A stretch of DNA of 38,176 bases from Planctomycetota bacterium (GCA_003695565.1 RFIQ01000144.1:1-38176), one strand, 5' to 3'; shown: positions 1 to 9,793, counted from the first letter of the stretch. The notes: generated by a model from the sequence alone, not told the origin. Translations and numbers: made by a program.

Positions 1-20
1 CCCCCAATGCCTTTGCCAAA

Positions 21-51
21 TTGCGTCTTCGCGTCTCCGCGCCTTGGCGTT
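21..51. repeat. Short degenerate octamer tandem repeat (cttcgcgt/ctccgcgc/cttggcgt)
   Basis: ttgcgtcttcgcgtctccgcgccttggcgtt has about 3 imperfect 8-nt units, in intergenic DNA next to other palindromic elements. Confidence 0.4.
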
Positions 52-113
52 GGGCTCTGCGACCGCTTCGACCAGCCCGCTCGCTTGGAGTCGTCGCGGT
101 CGACTGCAACCCC

Positions 114-176
114 ACCTCCCCCGTGATCGATCCGAGATGACGCTGCGACGATTGCAATTCTCTTCACGGGGGAGGT
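114..176. repeat. REP-like inverted repeat with 13-bp perfect arms
   Basis: acctcccccgtga (114-126) is the exact reverse complement of tcacgggggaggt (164-176); 37-nt spacer. Confidence 0.8.
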
Positions 177-179
177 CGG

Positions 180-355
180 CGCGGGGGATCGCGCGTGCAA
201 TCACCGATTCCCCTTCGCGCCACCTTCGCCCACAGCCGGGAGGGGGCCATGAGAATCGCGACTGGGGCAGCGCAACTCAGATACGCGATTTCCCCATCTC
301 ATGCACCGGTCCGACTTGCATCCGGCGGATGCAAGCCACGTGGGACACCCCCGCC
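180..355 (+). repeat. Structured dispersed repeat, copy 1 (inverted homologue at about 38003-38176)
   Basis: Shares blocks with the reverse complement of the window end: gatcgcgcgtgcaatc, gattccccttcgcgcc, gccgggagggggc, tgagaatcgcg, atctcatgca, tgcatccggcggatgca, cacgtggg. Confidence 0.9.
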
Positions 356-634
356 GTAGCAATGGGCAACACCCTAAGGAACGGGCTGGCAATCGGGATT
401 GTCGAATTTCTGGGGAGGTCAAACAATCCCCCACTCGATACGTTAGGATGCGTTAGAATGGGAATCGGTGCCCTTTCCCGCAGGGCGTCTCGTGACGCTC
501 GGCCGCCGCGGTCCGGCTGCTGCCCCACGACACCATCGGGGCTTGGGTTACAACGGGATTGGTGCCGTTCCGGTCGATCAATGCCGCGCCGCCAACACAT
601 TCATCTCGTACGAAATCCAGGATGCAAATCGCCC

Positions 635-1396
635 ATGAGCACGCAAAACCCCTTCAGCGAAACGCCACAGGCGCCACAAGTCCCGCGAGCCAGTTCCGGC
701 AACTCGACCGGCGTAGTGATCGGGTTGGTTCTTGCCGGCGGGTTCTTCGGTCTGCTGGTGTGCGGCGGGATTCTGCTGGCACTCCTGTTGCCGGCGGTCC
801 AGGCCGCTCGGGAGGCCGCCCGGCGGATGCAGTGCTCGAACAACTTGAAGCAAATCGCGCTGGCTATGCACAACTACCACGAGGTTTACGGCTCGTTTCC
901 GCCAGCCTTTACGGTCGATGAGAATGGCAACCGCTTGCATAGCTGGCGGACTCTGATCCTGCCTTTCTTGGAGCAGCAGGCGCTTTACAACCAGATCGAT
1001 CTCTCCAAGCCCTGGGATGATCCGGGCAACGCAGCGATCGCCGAAACCCAAATCGCAGTGTACGCATGCCCTTCGACTCCCCTGGGAAACCAAACGACTT
1101 ACCAGGTGGTGGTGGATTCGTCGAGTATCTTCCCCGGGGCGACTCCCGTTTCTATCCAGGAGATCACCGATGGAACGAGTAATACCTTGTTGGTGATCGA
1201 GGCCCCTCCCGAATTGGCCGTGCCGTGGATGTCTCCCAACGACGTCGACATGGACACGTTCCTAACCGAAGTAGGGCGCACCCACCACACTGGCGGCGGG
1301 AACGCCGCATTGGCAGATGGTTCCATCCAGTTCCTCAGCCAGGATGTCGACGTGGCACTCAAGACTTCGATGGTAACCAAGGCGGGACAGGATTGA
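635..1396 (+). CDS. DUF1559 (SBP_bac_10) / H-X9-DG domain protein
   Basis: [52 protein letters not shown] and C-terminal [12 protein letters not shown]. Start moved to ATG 635 because the upstream part of the ORF runs through the repeat element. Confidence 0.93.
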   Translation: MSTQNPFSETPQAPQVPRASSGNSTGVVIGLVLAGGFFGLLVCGGILLALLLPAVQAAREAARRMQCSNNLKQIALAMHNYHEVYGSFPPAFTVDENGNRLHSWRTLILPFLEQQALYNQIDLSKPWDDPGNAAIAETQIAVYACPSTPLGNQTTYQVVVDSSSIFPGATPVSIQEITDGTSNTLLVIEAPPELAVPWMSPNDVDMDTFLTEVGRTHHTGGGNAALADGSIQFLSQDVDVALKTSMVTKAGQD

Positions 1397-1447
1397 TCGA
1401 GCTCCCGGTGCTTGCCCTGCGATGAATTGGGCCCATCCGCTTCCGAA

Positions 1448-2440
1448 TCAACGGCGGATGGCAGGGCTGCCCGCAGCAGCCGTCGTCATGGTCGGTTGTT
1501 CCACAATGGCGAACTCGGCCCAAACCGGCAAGTGATCGCTGATCATGAGGGCTTCTTCCTGCGAGATCTTGAACCAACTGGCCAGATCAATCACGCCGCT
1601 TCGGCCCGTGAATTCGGTTGTCGTCGTGCGGTCGATCAGGACATTATCCAGCGTCTTGCTTCCCCGCGTGTTGGTGGGCACTGCTTGAATCAGTGCTACC
1701 ACGTTGGGGAGGCGATCGAGTTGCCCGAGCCGACCGGGAGCCGAGTTCAGATCACCCAACAGCAGGACATCATCTTCGGGGTATTCGAATTGGCGAACGC
1801 TCGCCACGACTTGCGCAAGAACATCCAGCTCGGTGTCGATCTCATCTGGATCGGTATGGATGTTGATCAGGCTGAATGAGAAGGCCTGCCCCAGGTCGGT
1901 ACGCGCCTGGAAGCGGCCCACGAATGGTTCGCGATGCAGCAGGTCGGCCTGGTCCTGGACCACGTAGGCGAACTGGGGGCCGCTGACGACGCGCTGCGAG
2001 TCGTATACGAATGCATACTGTTCGTAATATCCGGTGGCCGCTCGGCCGATGCGGGGGCTGATCGTGTACGCGTACTGGCTGCCGTCCGAATTGACGATGC
2101 GCAGCAATTGATCCAACGTCGTCTGGTCCTGGCTGGTGATTTCCTGCAATGCAAGTACGTCAAAGCTGCGAATGATGTGCGCAAACTTTTCCAAGACCCA
2201 GGGCTTGGACAGCTTCGAGGGCCCCAGACGCTGCATGTTGAAGCTGCCGATCAACAAGGTCTGAGGCGTGCGGTCCGGTATCGTTGACGGACCTGCCGGC
2301 GCTTCCCCCGGAGAGGCCGCGGCTCGTGGCCCGTCGTCGGTCGGTACCGATCGTGGGATGCTGGCCAGATCGCAACCAAAATAGGATGCGACGCTCAAGA
2401 CCAGGAATGCCGCCGCTGGATACAACAGTTTCCGCTTCAT
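1448..2440 (-). CDS. DNase I-like endonuclease/exonuclease/phosphatase family protein, exported
   Basis: EEP motifs SFN, LQEI, YYEQYAFVY, REPF, IHT, GDLN, LDN and ISDHLPV; N-terminal signal peptide with a possible lipobox Cys (SYFGC). Confidence 0.88.
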   Translation of the reverse strand: MKRKLLYPAAAFLVLSVASYFGCDLASIPRSVPTDDGPRAAASPGEAPAGPSTIPDRTPQTLLIGSFNMQRLGPSKLSKPWVLEKFAHIIRSFDVLALQEITSQDQTTLDQLLRIVNSDGSQYAYTISPRIGRAATGYYEQYAFVYDSQRVVSGPQFAYVVQDQADLLHREPFVGRFQARTDLGQAFSFSLINIHTDPDEIDTELDVLAQVVASVRQFEYPEDDVLLLGDLNSAPGRLGQLDRLPNVVALIQAVPTNTRGSKTLDNVLIDRTTTTEFTGRSGVIDLASWFKISQEEALMISDHLPVWAEFAIVEQPTMTTAAAGSPAIRR

Positions 2441-2554
2441 CCCTCCGCCTCCATGCTCGGGAAAAGTCTTGTTATGTATGTTGGCCCTGCCTCATGCGGA
2501 TGGCCCGATCGGGCGGCCGGCCCTGCCCAGACCAACCGCGTGGCGACGATCGCA

Positions 2555-3037
2555 TCATGGAGCACACGGCCCCGGTGGCGTCGTCGGTTGGGGCTGCAAT
2601 GCACGTCGGATGCAACGGGCCAAACGTGCGTCGGTCTGATCGATCCCTCGTTCGAGCAAGGTCTGCATGGCGGCTAGGGTCGACGGATGCAATGCTCCCA
2701 TGTGGCCCAACCCCTTGGCGGCTTGTTGGCGCACTTCCACGTGGGGGTGGAGCGTCAACGTCCGGAGCAAGGTCTCCTCCGCGCCGCTCCGCGCGCCGGC
2801 TATTCGGCTGGTCATCTTGCAAGCCCAATTGGCAACCACGGGGTATGAATCCATACACAGGGGCCCAATCGCTCCCAGGTTGGCTGCAGGCAAACACTCG
2901 ATCTGTTGCAACGCATCAGCAGCCCAAGCGCGCATCTCCTCCGACTCGCTGCGCAACGTTTGCAACAACTCGACGACACGCGCCACAGCCAGCTTGGGGT
3001 CAGCCACGCATGCTTGCAGCTCTTCCATGGACAGCAT
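2555..3037 (-). CDS. HEAT repeat protein
   Basis: Repeated helical motifs EEMRAWAADALQQI, PVVANWACKMTSRI and VEVRQQAAKGLGHMG; start chosen at MLSMEE after GGGAGAAG. Confidence 0.7.
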   Translation of the reverse strand: MLSMEELQACVADPKLAVARVVELLQTLRSESEEMRAWAADALQQIECLPAANLGAIGPLCMDSYPVVANWACKMTSRIAGARSGAEETLLRTLTLHPHVEVRQQAAKGLGHMGALHPSTLAAMQTLLERGIDQTDARLARCIRRALQPQPTTPPGPCAP

Positions 3038-3401
3038 TCGCACTTCTCCCAACAAATCCCAGTGACCCAGCAGAAGCCAGGCCGCTCGCCCGCTTCCGAC
3101 GCTCACGAGCCTCTTGCCGCGCCTGCGCAGTTGGAAAACTAGCAAAACTGCCGTTGCCGCCGCAACAGATCAAAACGGCACCCACAGGGGAAAAGCATGG
3201 GGTGGCTGGTAACACGTCCCGATCAGCAGCCGAGCCTGGGCTGGAGATCCGGACTCACTACCAACAAAGGCGGTGAGAAGAAGGTCCGTCGCCGGTCCGC
3301 CGGCCGGTGGAAACCAGTCTGGAATAGCCCCGGCAACAATGCATTGCCCGGTAATCAGCGATGGACGCCATTTCGGCTCCACACGCCGTGCATGCCCGCC
3401 A

Positions 3402-3800
3402 TCAATGTGGTTCAGCAGGAGCCGCGGCAATTGGAGCCGCGGGAGGCACTTCCTTGAATTCCATGATTTCCTTGTTCGACAGCGCGTCCATCAAGGTGAA
3501 GCCGATGAACAGAGCCACGAACACGAATGAGCTGATGAAGACGATGGCATTCAGCGGCTTGTCGTGAATCATGTGCATGAAGAACAGAATCACTAACGTG
3601 GCCTTGATCGTGGCGATCAACAGGGACAACACCAGCTCCATGCTGCCCAGTTCGAACGTTGCCTGGTACACCGTCAATCCGGTCAAGGCCACCAGGGCGA
3701 AAAAGACGGCTAGCAATTGCCACACCGGCATGGGGTGGGCGAAGCCGTGGTGTTCGTCGTGGCCGTGTGCCGCATCCGCGGTGGTTGCATGATCAGACAT
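3402..3800 (-). CDS. ctaF: Cytochrome c oxidase subunit IV (caa3-type)
   Basis: Three TM helices, IATIKATLVILFFMHM motif, last gene of the cox cluster. Confidence 0.88.
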   Translation of the reverse strand: MSDHATTADAAHGHDEHHGFAHPMPVWQLLAVFFALVALTGLTVYQATFELGSMELVLSLLIATIKATLVILFFMHMIHDKPLNAIVFISSFVFVALFIGFTLMDALSNKEIMEFKEVPPAAPIAAAPAEPH

Positions 3801-3896
3801 GTTGCACGCTTATCCGTTAAATGCCTTCGAACGATTTCAAGTATCCGCTACTGGTCGCGCCAGTCGAGGTCATCCCCCCTGGACCCTCGTTTGGCG

Positions 3897-5030
3897 TCAC
3901 GTGATCAAGTACAGCAAGGGGAACAGGTAGATCCAAATCAAGTCGACAAGGTGCCAGTACAAACCGACGTAATCGACGGGGCCGAAGTACTGTTCGTTGA
4001 AATGCCCCTTGACGGCTCGCACCAGCAGCCACGTCAACACCACCATCCCGCCCAAAATGTGCAGGGCGTGGACACCGGTCATGCAATAGTAAATGCTGAA
4101 GAACAACCCGGCTCCCCCCGGTTGGTCGATCTTCGTCAGCGGTGTCGCACCGGGTTTGAGAGGTGGCGAAGAGACGAGTTGCACCGTCTCCACCTCGCCA
4201 TGCCCGACTGTCTCTCCCTCGGCGAGCTCGCCACTGGTTTCACCGTGTCCGGTTTCCCCGGGAGAACCGGAATCCTGTTCGGCGTGCTCCGCGTGCTCGG
4301 AGCCTTCCTCGGTTGCCTCGTGGGAAACGTGCTCAGTACCATGTTTTTCTTTGGCGTGAGCGGCTTGTTCGGCATTCTGGAAAAGGATTCCGACCCCCAC
4401 GCCCAGGAAGTAGGCCAGCGCCGTGATCAACAGGGGGCCCGCGATCTCAGCGGCTTGTTTGCGTTTCTGTGCCACAGCCCATCCATACCAACCGGCGAAG
4501 CCGACGACGCAAAGCGCCGGTACGATGCTCAATTTGATCAGCCAGGGCGAGATGCCCTCGTGATGCTGGTTGGCCATGATGAATTGGGGCACGTAGCTGC
4601 CGGCAGGAAGCAGACCGATATCCCATTTGTGGGTGTACTCGACCGCCTTGACTCCCAAGAAGATCGACGCGCAGGCCAGCGTCAGCGTTAGGCACAGGAC
4701 CAGACCGTTGCGTTGATTCAACTGGGCGCAGCGCACGCCCCATGCCATGGTCAAGCTGCTGAACAGCAGCACCACCGTGTTGAAGGCTCCCAGGTTCTCG
4801 TTCAAGAACTGGCTGGCGAACGTCCACACCTCGGGGTGCAAACTGCGGTAGAGCGCATAAGCGCAAAACATACCGCTGAAGAACAGCACCTCGGTAACCA
4901 GGAACATCCACATGCCGAATTTTCCGGCATCATATTGCTGTTCCGGGTCGTCAAAATGGTGCGCCAGAAACGGAGGGTGGTCGTGCTCACCATGTCCGTG
5001 AGCGTCATCGTGTGCCGAGTCGTGTGACAT
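3897..5030 (-). CDS. ctaE: Cytochrome c oxidase subunit III with a large internal insertion
   Basis: GMWMFLVTEVLFF, NTVVLLFSSLTM, TGVHALH and GLYWHLVDLIWIYLFPLLY motifs. Confidence 0.92.
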   Translation of the reverse strand: MSHDSAHDDAHGHGEHDHPPFLAHHFDDPEQQYDAGKFGMWMFLVTEVLFFSGMFCAYALYRSLHPEVWTFASQFLNENLGAFNTVVLLFSSLTMAWGVRCAQLNQRNGLVLCLTLTLACASIFLGVKAVEYTHKWDIGLLPAGSYVPQFIMANQHHEGISPWLIKLSIVPALCVVGFAGWYGWAVAQKRKQAAEIAGPLLITALAYFLGVGVGILFQNAEQAAHAKEKHGTEHVSHEATEEGSEHAEHAEQDSGSPGETGHGETSGELAEGETVGHGEVETVQLVSSPPLKPGATPLTKIDQPGGAGLFFSIYYCMTGVHALHILGGMVVLTWLLVRAVKGHFNEQYFGPVDYVGLYWHLVDLIWIYLFPLLYLIT

Positions 5031-5044
5031 GAATCGCGCTCTAT

Positions 5045-6754
5045 TTAGTTGGTAGCAGGTTTGGATTCGACTTCATCCACGCGGGGTGCATCCGATTCGG
5101 TAGGATGCACATACTCCCATCCCTTGTCGTCGCCGCGGAAGTGCAGCGGCGTATAGTCGTAGGGCTCATTCACTCGCGGAGGCGTCTTGAAGTTGTAATA
5201 CGGAGGCGGCGATGCACACTGCCATTCCAATGTCGCTCCGCCCCAGGGGTTCGGCGGCGCCTTGCGACCACGAAACAGAGAGTGCAGCAAAACGCCCAAG
5301 GCGATAAACAATCCAATGCCCAAGACAAACGCCCCCACGGACGACATCTGGTGAAGTTCCTGGAAATCTTCCACGTAGCGAGCATACCGACGAGGCATCC
5401 CACGGCTGCCCATCACGAACTGGGGCAGGAACGTCAGATTAAACCCAACAAAGACGATCAAACAGGAGATCTTGCCCCACGTCTCGTTGAACATCTTGCC
5501 GGTCATCTTCGGCCACCAGTGGAAGATCCCACCCAGGAAGCCGACCAGCGTCCCACCGACCATCACGTAGTGGAAGTGAGCCACGACGAAATAGGTGTCG
5601 TGCAACATGCGATCGGTGGACAATGCTCCCAGCCACAGACCGGTCAGTCCGCCGATGGTGAACAGGAAGATGAACGACAGGGCATACAGCATCACCGTGT
5701 TCAGCTTGACCGTCCCCTGGTACATCGTGGCCAACCAGTTGAACACCTTGATGGCCGAGGGGATCGAGACGGAGAACGTCAAGGCGCTGAAGATGATCGT
5801 CGTAACGTTGGCCATGCCCGCAGTAAACATGTGGTGTCCCCACACCAGGAAACCGAATAGGGCGATGGCAATCGAGCTGTACGCAATGAAACGATAACCG
5901 AAAATCGATTTGTGGGAGTGGACGCTCATCAACTCCGAGATAATGCCCATCCCCGGCAGAATCATGATGTACACGGCCGGGTGGGAATAGAACCAGAAAA
6001 AGTGCTGGTAGGTCACCGGATCGCCATTGTAGGCCGGATCGAAGATCCCGATATGCAGTACCCGTTCAGCAGCCAGCAACAGAACGGTGATCCCCAGCAC
6101 GGGCGTGGCCAGCACCTGAATGATCGACGTGGCATAAGTCGCCCACAGGAACAAGGGCATCTTGAACCAGGACATGCCCGGCGGGCGCATCGTGTTGATC
6201 GTCACGATGAAGTTCAACCCGGTAAAGATGGAGCTGAATCCCAAAACAAAAACACCCAACGTGGCCGCCACCACGGGTCCCTGCGTGGTGGTGCTGTAGG
6301 GCGTGTAGAACGTCCATCCCGTGTCCAAACCGGTCGCCAGCATGGCCGTCAGGAAGAAAATAGCGCCGACCACCCACAAGTAAAAGCTGCACAGGTTCAA
6401 TCGCGGGAAGGCGACGTCCTTGGCACCCAACATGATAGGCACCAAAAAGTTACCGAGTGCGGCTGGAACGCTGGGAATGATAAACAGAAACACCATGATG
6501 GCCCCGTGCAGGGTGAACACCTGGTTGTACTGCTGATTGGAGAGGAACATCTTGGTAGGGGTCATCAATTCGGCACGCAGCACCAACGCCAAAATGCCTG
6601 CCAAACCGAATGCCGACATGACGCCTACCAAGTACATCAACCCGATGCGCTTGTGGTCCAGCGTCAGTGCCCAGCTCAGGAATCCGCGGCTGTTGACCAG
6701 GAAATTGTCTGAGTCCGGTTGCGAATAGGACGGGCTAGTAGCTACCGCGCTCAT
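5045..6754 (-). CDS. ctaD: Cytochrome c oxidase subunit I, type A2 heme-copper oxidase
   Basis: [26 protein letters not shown] (A2 YS motif), VWGHHMF, AHFHY, GMPRRY. Confidence 0.97.
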   Translation of the reverse strand: MSAVATSPSYSQPDSDNFLVNSRGFLSWALTLDHKRIGLMYLVGVMSAFGLAGILALVLRAELMTPTKMFLSNQQYNQVFTLHGAIMVFLFIIPSVPAALGNFLVPIMLGAKDVAFPRLNLCSFYLWVVGAIFFLTAMLATGLDTGWTFYTPYSTTTQGPVVAATLGVFVLGFSSIFTGLNFIVTINTMRPPGMSWFKMPLFLWATYATSIIQVLATPVLGITVLLLAAERVLHIGIFDPAYNGDPVTYQHFFWFYSHPAVYIMILPGMGIISELMSVHSHKSIFGYRFIAYSSIAIALFGFLVWGHHMFTAGMANVTTIIFSALTFSVSIPSAIKVFNWLATMYQGTVKLNTVMLYALSFIFLFTIGGLTGLWLGALSTDRMLHDTYFVVAHFHYVMVGGTLVGFLGGIFHWWPKMTGKMFNETWGKISCLIVFVGFNLTFLPQFVMGSRGMPRRYARYVEDFQELHQMSSVGAFVLGIGLFIALGVLLHSLFRGRKAPPNPWGGATLEWQCASPPPYYNFKTPPRVNEPYDYTPLHFRGDDKGWEYVHPTESDAPRVDEVESKPATN

Positions 6755-6908
6755 CGCTCATTACCTCGTATTGAATCCAAATAACTTGGTGAAATTCGTC
6801 TTCCATGCGGGCACTACAAAAGCGAGTGCCGCAGGGTTCGGTTGCGGACAGCCACACCGGTTATCCACCTTGGCCGCTGCCCCGTTCTCGCCTGGAAACC
6901 GGCGGCAG

Positions 6909-8117
6909 CTAATTTGCCGTCGCGGTTTCCGTTGGGCCGTTCTCGGAGCCGTCGGGCGGGGTCGACTCCGTTGCGGAGGCCGCATCGGATGGTTCATCCG
7001 GGGCCGCCGCTCCGTCTTCAGCAGGCGCCGCACCTCCGTCCGACTCCCCTGCATCCGATTCTTCCGTCCAATATCCCAAGGCCTTTGCTTCGTCCTCGGT
7101 CAGATCGCCATCTTTCACCGCATCGATCAAGGCCGGATTGTCCTTCAAGGCCTTAAGAAAAGCGATGATCGCATCCAGCTCCTCATTCTTCAGCTTGCCC
7201 TGGAAGGATGGCATTTGCGATGCGTTTTGGTACCCTTCACGCGCTTTTCTTTGCGGCTCCAACACCGATTCACGGACGTAATTCTCATCAAACACAACCG
7301 ACTCACCGTCGGCCGTTTTCAAAGTTTCCCCAAACGTGCCGGCTAGGCTTGGCCCCACAACCCGCTTGCCCGGTTCCACCGCATGACACGACTTGCAACC
7401 CAACCGCGAGTACAGCCAGTAACCATGCGCCACCGGGTTGCGTGGAGGTTGAGCCGCTTTGGCCAGCCAGGCTTCGTATCCAGCCTGATCATGAACCACT
7501 ACTCCCTTGCGCTTGATCATCTCACTGTGTTGATCCCCGCAATACTCAGCACAGAACAGATCGTACTCGCCCCGCAGGATCGGGCGGACCCAATAGGTGG
7601 TAACCCGACCAGGAACGACGTCCTGTTTGGCCCGAAAAGCGGGAACGTAAAAGGAGTGCAACACGTCCTCCGATCGCATTAACAACCGGATGTTCTTATC
7701 GACCGGTACGTGCAGTGTGTCGGCGATCGCCCCGTTGGGATACTGGAAGGACCAATCCCATTTGCGAGCGGTTACGTTGATGTCGATGGTGTCGGTGGGT
7801 GGGGTGACCATATCGATGTACCCATACACGCCACGGGCGAAGATCCAGATTACGATCAACGTCGGAATGACCGTCCAGGTAATCTCCAAGGCATTGTTGT
7901 GCAAAGGGCGCGAGTCACCTTGGTAACCCGGTCGGGCGCGGAACTTGATCGCGAAATACACCATGGCAATCACGATCAACGCGAAGAAAAACAACGAAAT
8001 CCACAAGATATACAAGAAGAACGCATCGGTCTCCTCCGCGAACGTGGACGCCCGCGGCGGGAAGAAAAAGGTCGTGTTCTTGTCAGCCAACAGGGCTGGG
8101 AAGTTACTTGCCAACAT
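6909..8117 (-). CDS. ctaC: Cytochrome c oxidase subunit II with fused C-terminal cytochrome c (caa3)
   Basis: LEITWTVIP, DVLHSF, CuA motif CAEYCGDQHSEM, heme motif CKSCH...MP; start at ATG 8117 overlaps the sco stop codon. Confidence 0.93.
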   Translation of the reverse strand: MLASNFPALLADKNTTFFFPPRASTFAEETDAFFLYILWISLFFFALIVIAMVYFAIKFRARPGYQGDSRPLHNNALEITWTVIPTLIVIWIFARGVYGYIDMVTPPTDTIDINVTARKWDWSFQYPNGAIADTLHVPVDKNIRLLMRSEDVLHSFYVPAFRAKQDVVPGRVTTYWVRPILRGEYDLFCAEYCGDQHSEMIKRKGVVVHDQAGYEAWLAKAAQPPRNPVAHGYWLYSRLGCKSCHAVEPGKRVVGPSLAGTFGETLKTADGESVVFDENYVRESVLEPQRKAREGYQNASQMPSFQGKLKNEELDAIIAFLKALKDNPALIDAVKDGDLTEDEAKALGYWTEESDAGESDGGAAPAEDGAAAPDEPSDAASATESTPPDGSENGPTETATAN

Positions 8118-9114
8118 CGCTCTCACCCGGGACACCTGGTCCTGAAATAGATACGGAATCCGCTTGAGTTGAATTGTATGCACCATCGGCCGGTCCGCCA
8201 TGGCCATCATCATCGACGTGCCCGTTTGCCGCAGCATCCCTCTCCGCCGCAAGCCCCTGACCATCGACATCCGGACGTCGACGACCGGCAAACCAGAAAG
8301 GCGCGGTGGCCCCCAATAGCAACAAGCAAAACGCAAATCCCCCGAAGGCCATGATCCGACGGGCACTGGCCGTGTATCGATTGGCATCGGGATCGTAGTA
8401 GTAGCACAGTTGTATAAAGGCATCGGCCAATCCGCCGATCGTCAGCTTGCCCTCGGACGCTTCCGATACCGCCATGCGAAACTGATCGGGCTCCACGCCC
8501 AGCGACACCAGACAGCGGCAAATCCGCCCATCCTGGCTCAGAAAATAGGTGGCTGCAGGATGGTTGTACCGCCGATTGGCCTGGTCGTAACGAAACCGGA
8601 ACCCTACGGCATCGGCCAGGCGCTGGATATTCTGGTACCGCCCGGTCAGGAAATGCCAGCTTTCTCCCGCATCCCGTCCCAACAGGCCCATGTATTTGGC
8701 TTTGGTCCGCAAGGCCTTATCGGTCGTCTCCGTCGGATCGATGCTGACGGTCACGATTTCGAATCTGGCACCCAACCAATCGTCCGGCAGCTCGCGTAGC
8801 GTGCCGACCAGATTGTCCAATTGGGCGATGCACAGCCCCGGACAATCCGAATAGTTCAAAGTCAAGATGACCGGCTTGCCCCGTTTGAAAAACGTTCCCA
8901 ATGAAACTTGATTGCCGCGCTCATCGGTGAAAACCAGATCCAAGGGCACGAACTCGCCCACCCGATCGACGACGGTGACTCCTTGCGCATTGGCTGGCAA
9001 TTCGTCCTTCAGCAACTGCGCACGGGCTACGGAGCACCAGGCGGTACCGCCCAGCAACGCCAGCCCCATGGCGCAAATCCGAAGTTGATGAAGAATTCCA
9101 ATCACTATTCTCAA
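8104..9114 (-). CDS. sco: SCO/SenC family copper chaperone
   Basis: YSDCPGLC (CxxxC), VSIDP, WHFLTG, YNHPA and a C-terminal TM helix; lies between the act and cox genes. Confidence 0.9.
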   Translation of the reverse strand: MRIVIGILHQLRICAMGLALLGGTAWCSVARAQLLKDELPANAQGVTVVDRVGEFVPLDLVFTDERGNQVSLGTFFKRGKPVILTLNYSDCPGLCIAQLDNLVGTLRELPDDWLGARFEIVTVSIDPTETTDKALRTKAKYMGLLGRDAGESWHFLTGRYQNIQRLADAVGFRFRYDQANRRYNHPAATYFLSQDGRICRCLVSLGVEPDQFRMAVSEASEGKLTIGGLADAFIQLCYYYDPDANRYTASARRIMAFGGFAFCLLLLGATAPFWFAGRRRPDVDGQGLAAERDAAANGHVDDDGHGGPADGAYNSTQADSVSISGPGVPGESDVGK

Positions 9115-9340
9115 TTCGCAAAAAGCTCTCTTAATCCGTCGCTAGCTATCGACTGCACGCACCACCGTCAACGCGAAGCGAGAGAAGATCGCCGCACCAC
9201 ACCGCAGGTTGCACTACCTCGTCTCGCCCTCCACGATTCGGAACCGCCGCCACCGACGGTGGATGTTCAACGTAGGCACAATCTCTGGGTCTCCCCAAGA
9301 AAACTGCCTCTGCTGTTTGCCATACCCTCTCTAATTCACG

Positions 9341-9724
9341 TTATGCACTTGGATCAGCCTTGCCAACCGCTTGCGCCTGCCGTTGCTGTTGTTGCTCTTG
9401 GTTCAATTCCTGCAAGAACAGTTGGGCGGCGCGATCGACCGGGATCCGCAGGCGCTCCACCTTCTGCGGCTCGGCATCTGGCTTGTCCGGCGGCGGAGGC
9501 AGCTCGACGATATTCTTGCCATAGGTCTCGAGCAATTCGCGCTGTTCCTCCAACACCGCATCGGCTTCCGGATAGTGGGCATTGGCCAGTTTGCGTTGGA
9601 CTTCGCCCTCGATCCAGCCGTAGCACAATGCCCGAAGCGCTAAAATGATCAGCAACAGGATGATGGTGCTGACCAGCGCGGCATAGCCGATAGACCGCGT
9701 GTTTAAGTCATCATATCGCGCCAT
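9341..9724 (-). CDS. actG: Single-TM membrane protein, probable ACIII subunit ActG
   Basis: Directly after actF; one N-terminal TM helix; RLRIPVDRAAQL resembles the RIPIxxAM motif I recall from ActG-like subunits. Confidence 0.55.
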   Translation of the reverse strand: MARYDDLNTRSIGYAALVSTIILLLIILALRALCYGWIEGEVQRKLANAHYPEADAVLEEQRELLETYGKNIVELPPPPDKPDAEPQKVERLRIPVDRAAQLFLQELNQEQQQQRQAQAVGKADPSA

Positions 9725-9793
9725 TATCGTTTTACCCTCACTATTGAGCCAGCATCGTTCATTTCCGATGCCCGCGACATTCCGCCTCAGGAA

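Noticed and set aside
180-355. CRISPR array interpretation of the conserved/variable/conserved pattern
   Set aside because: The blocks flanking the variable core are not direct repeats of each other, there is one unit per locus, and no cas genes are present
44-634. 197-aa N-terminal extension of the DUF1559 ORF
   Set aside because: Reads through the non-coding repeat elements; Arg/Ser/Pro-rich and not protein-like
2284-3276. 330-aa plus-strand ORF
   Set aside because: Antisense to the HEAT-repeat and nuclease genes; low-complexity Arg/Ala/Pro composition
8118-8423. Long N-terminal extension of the Cox II ORF
   Set aside because: Overlaps the sco C-terminus in another frame; ATG 8117 gives a normal subunit II
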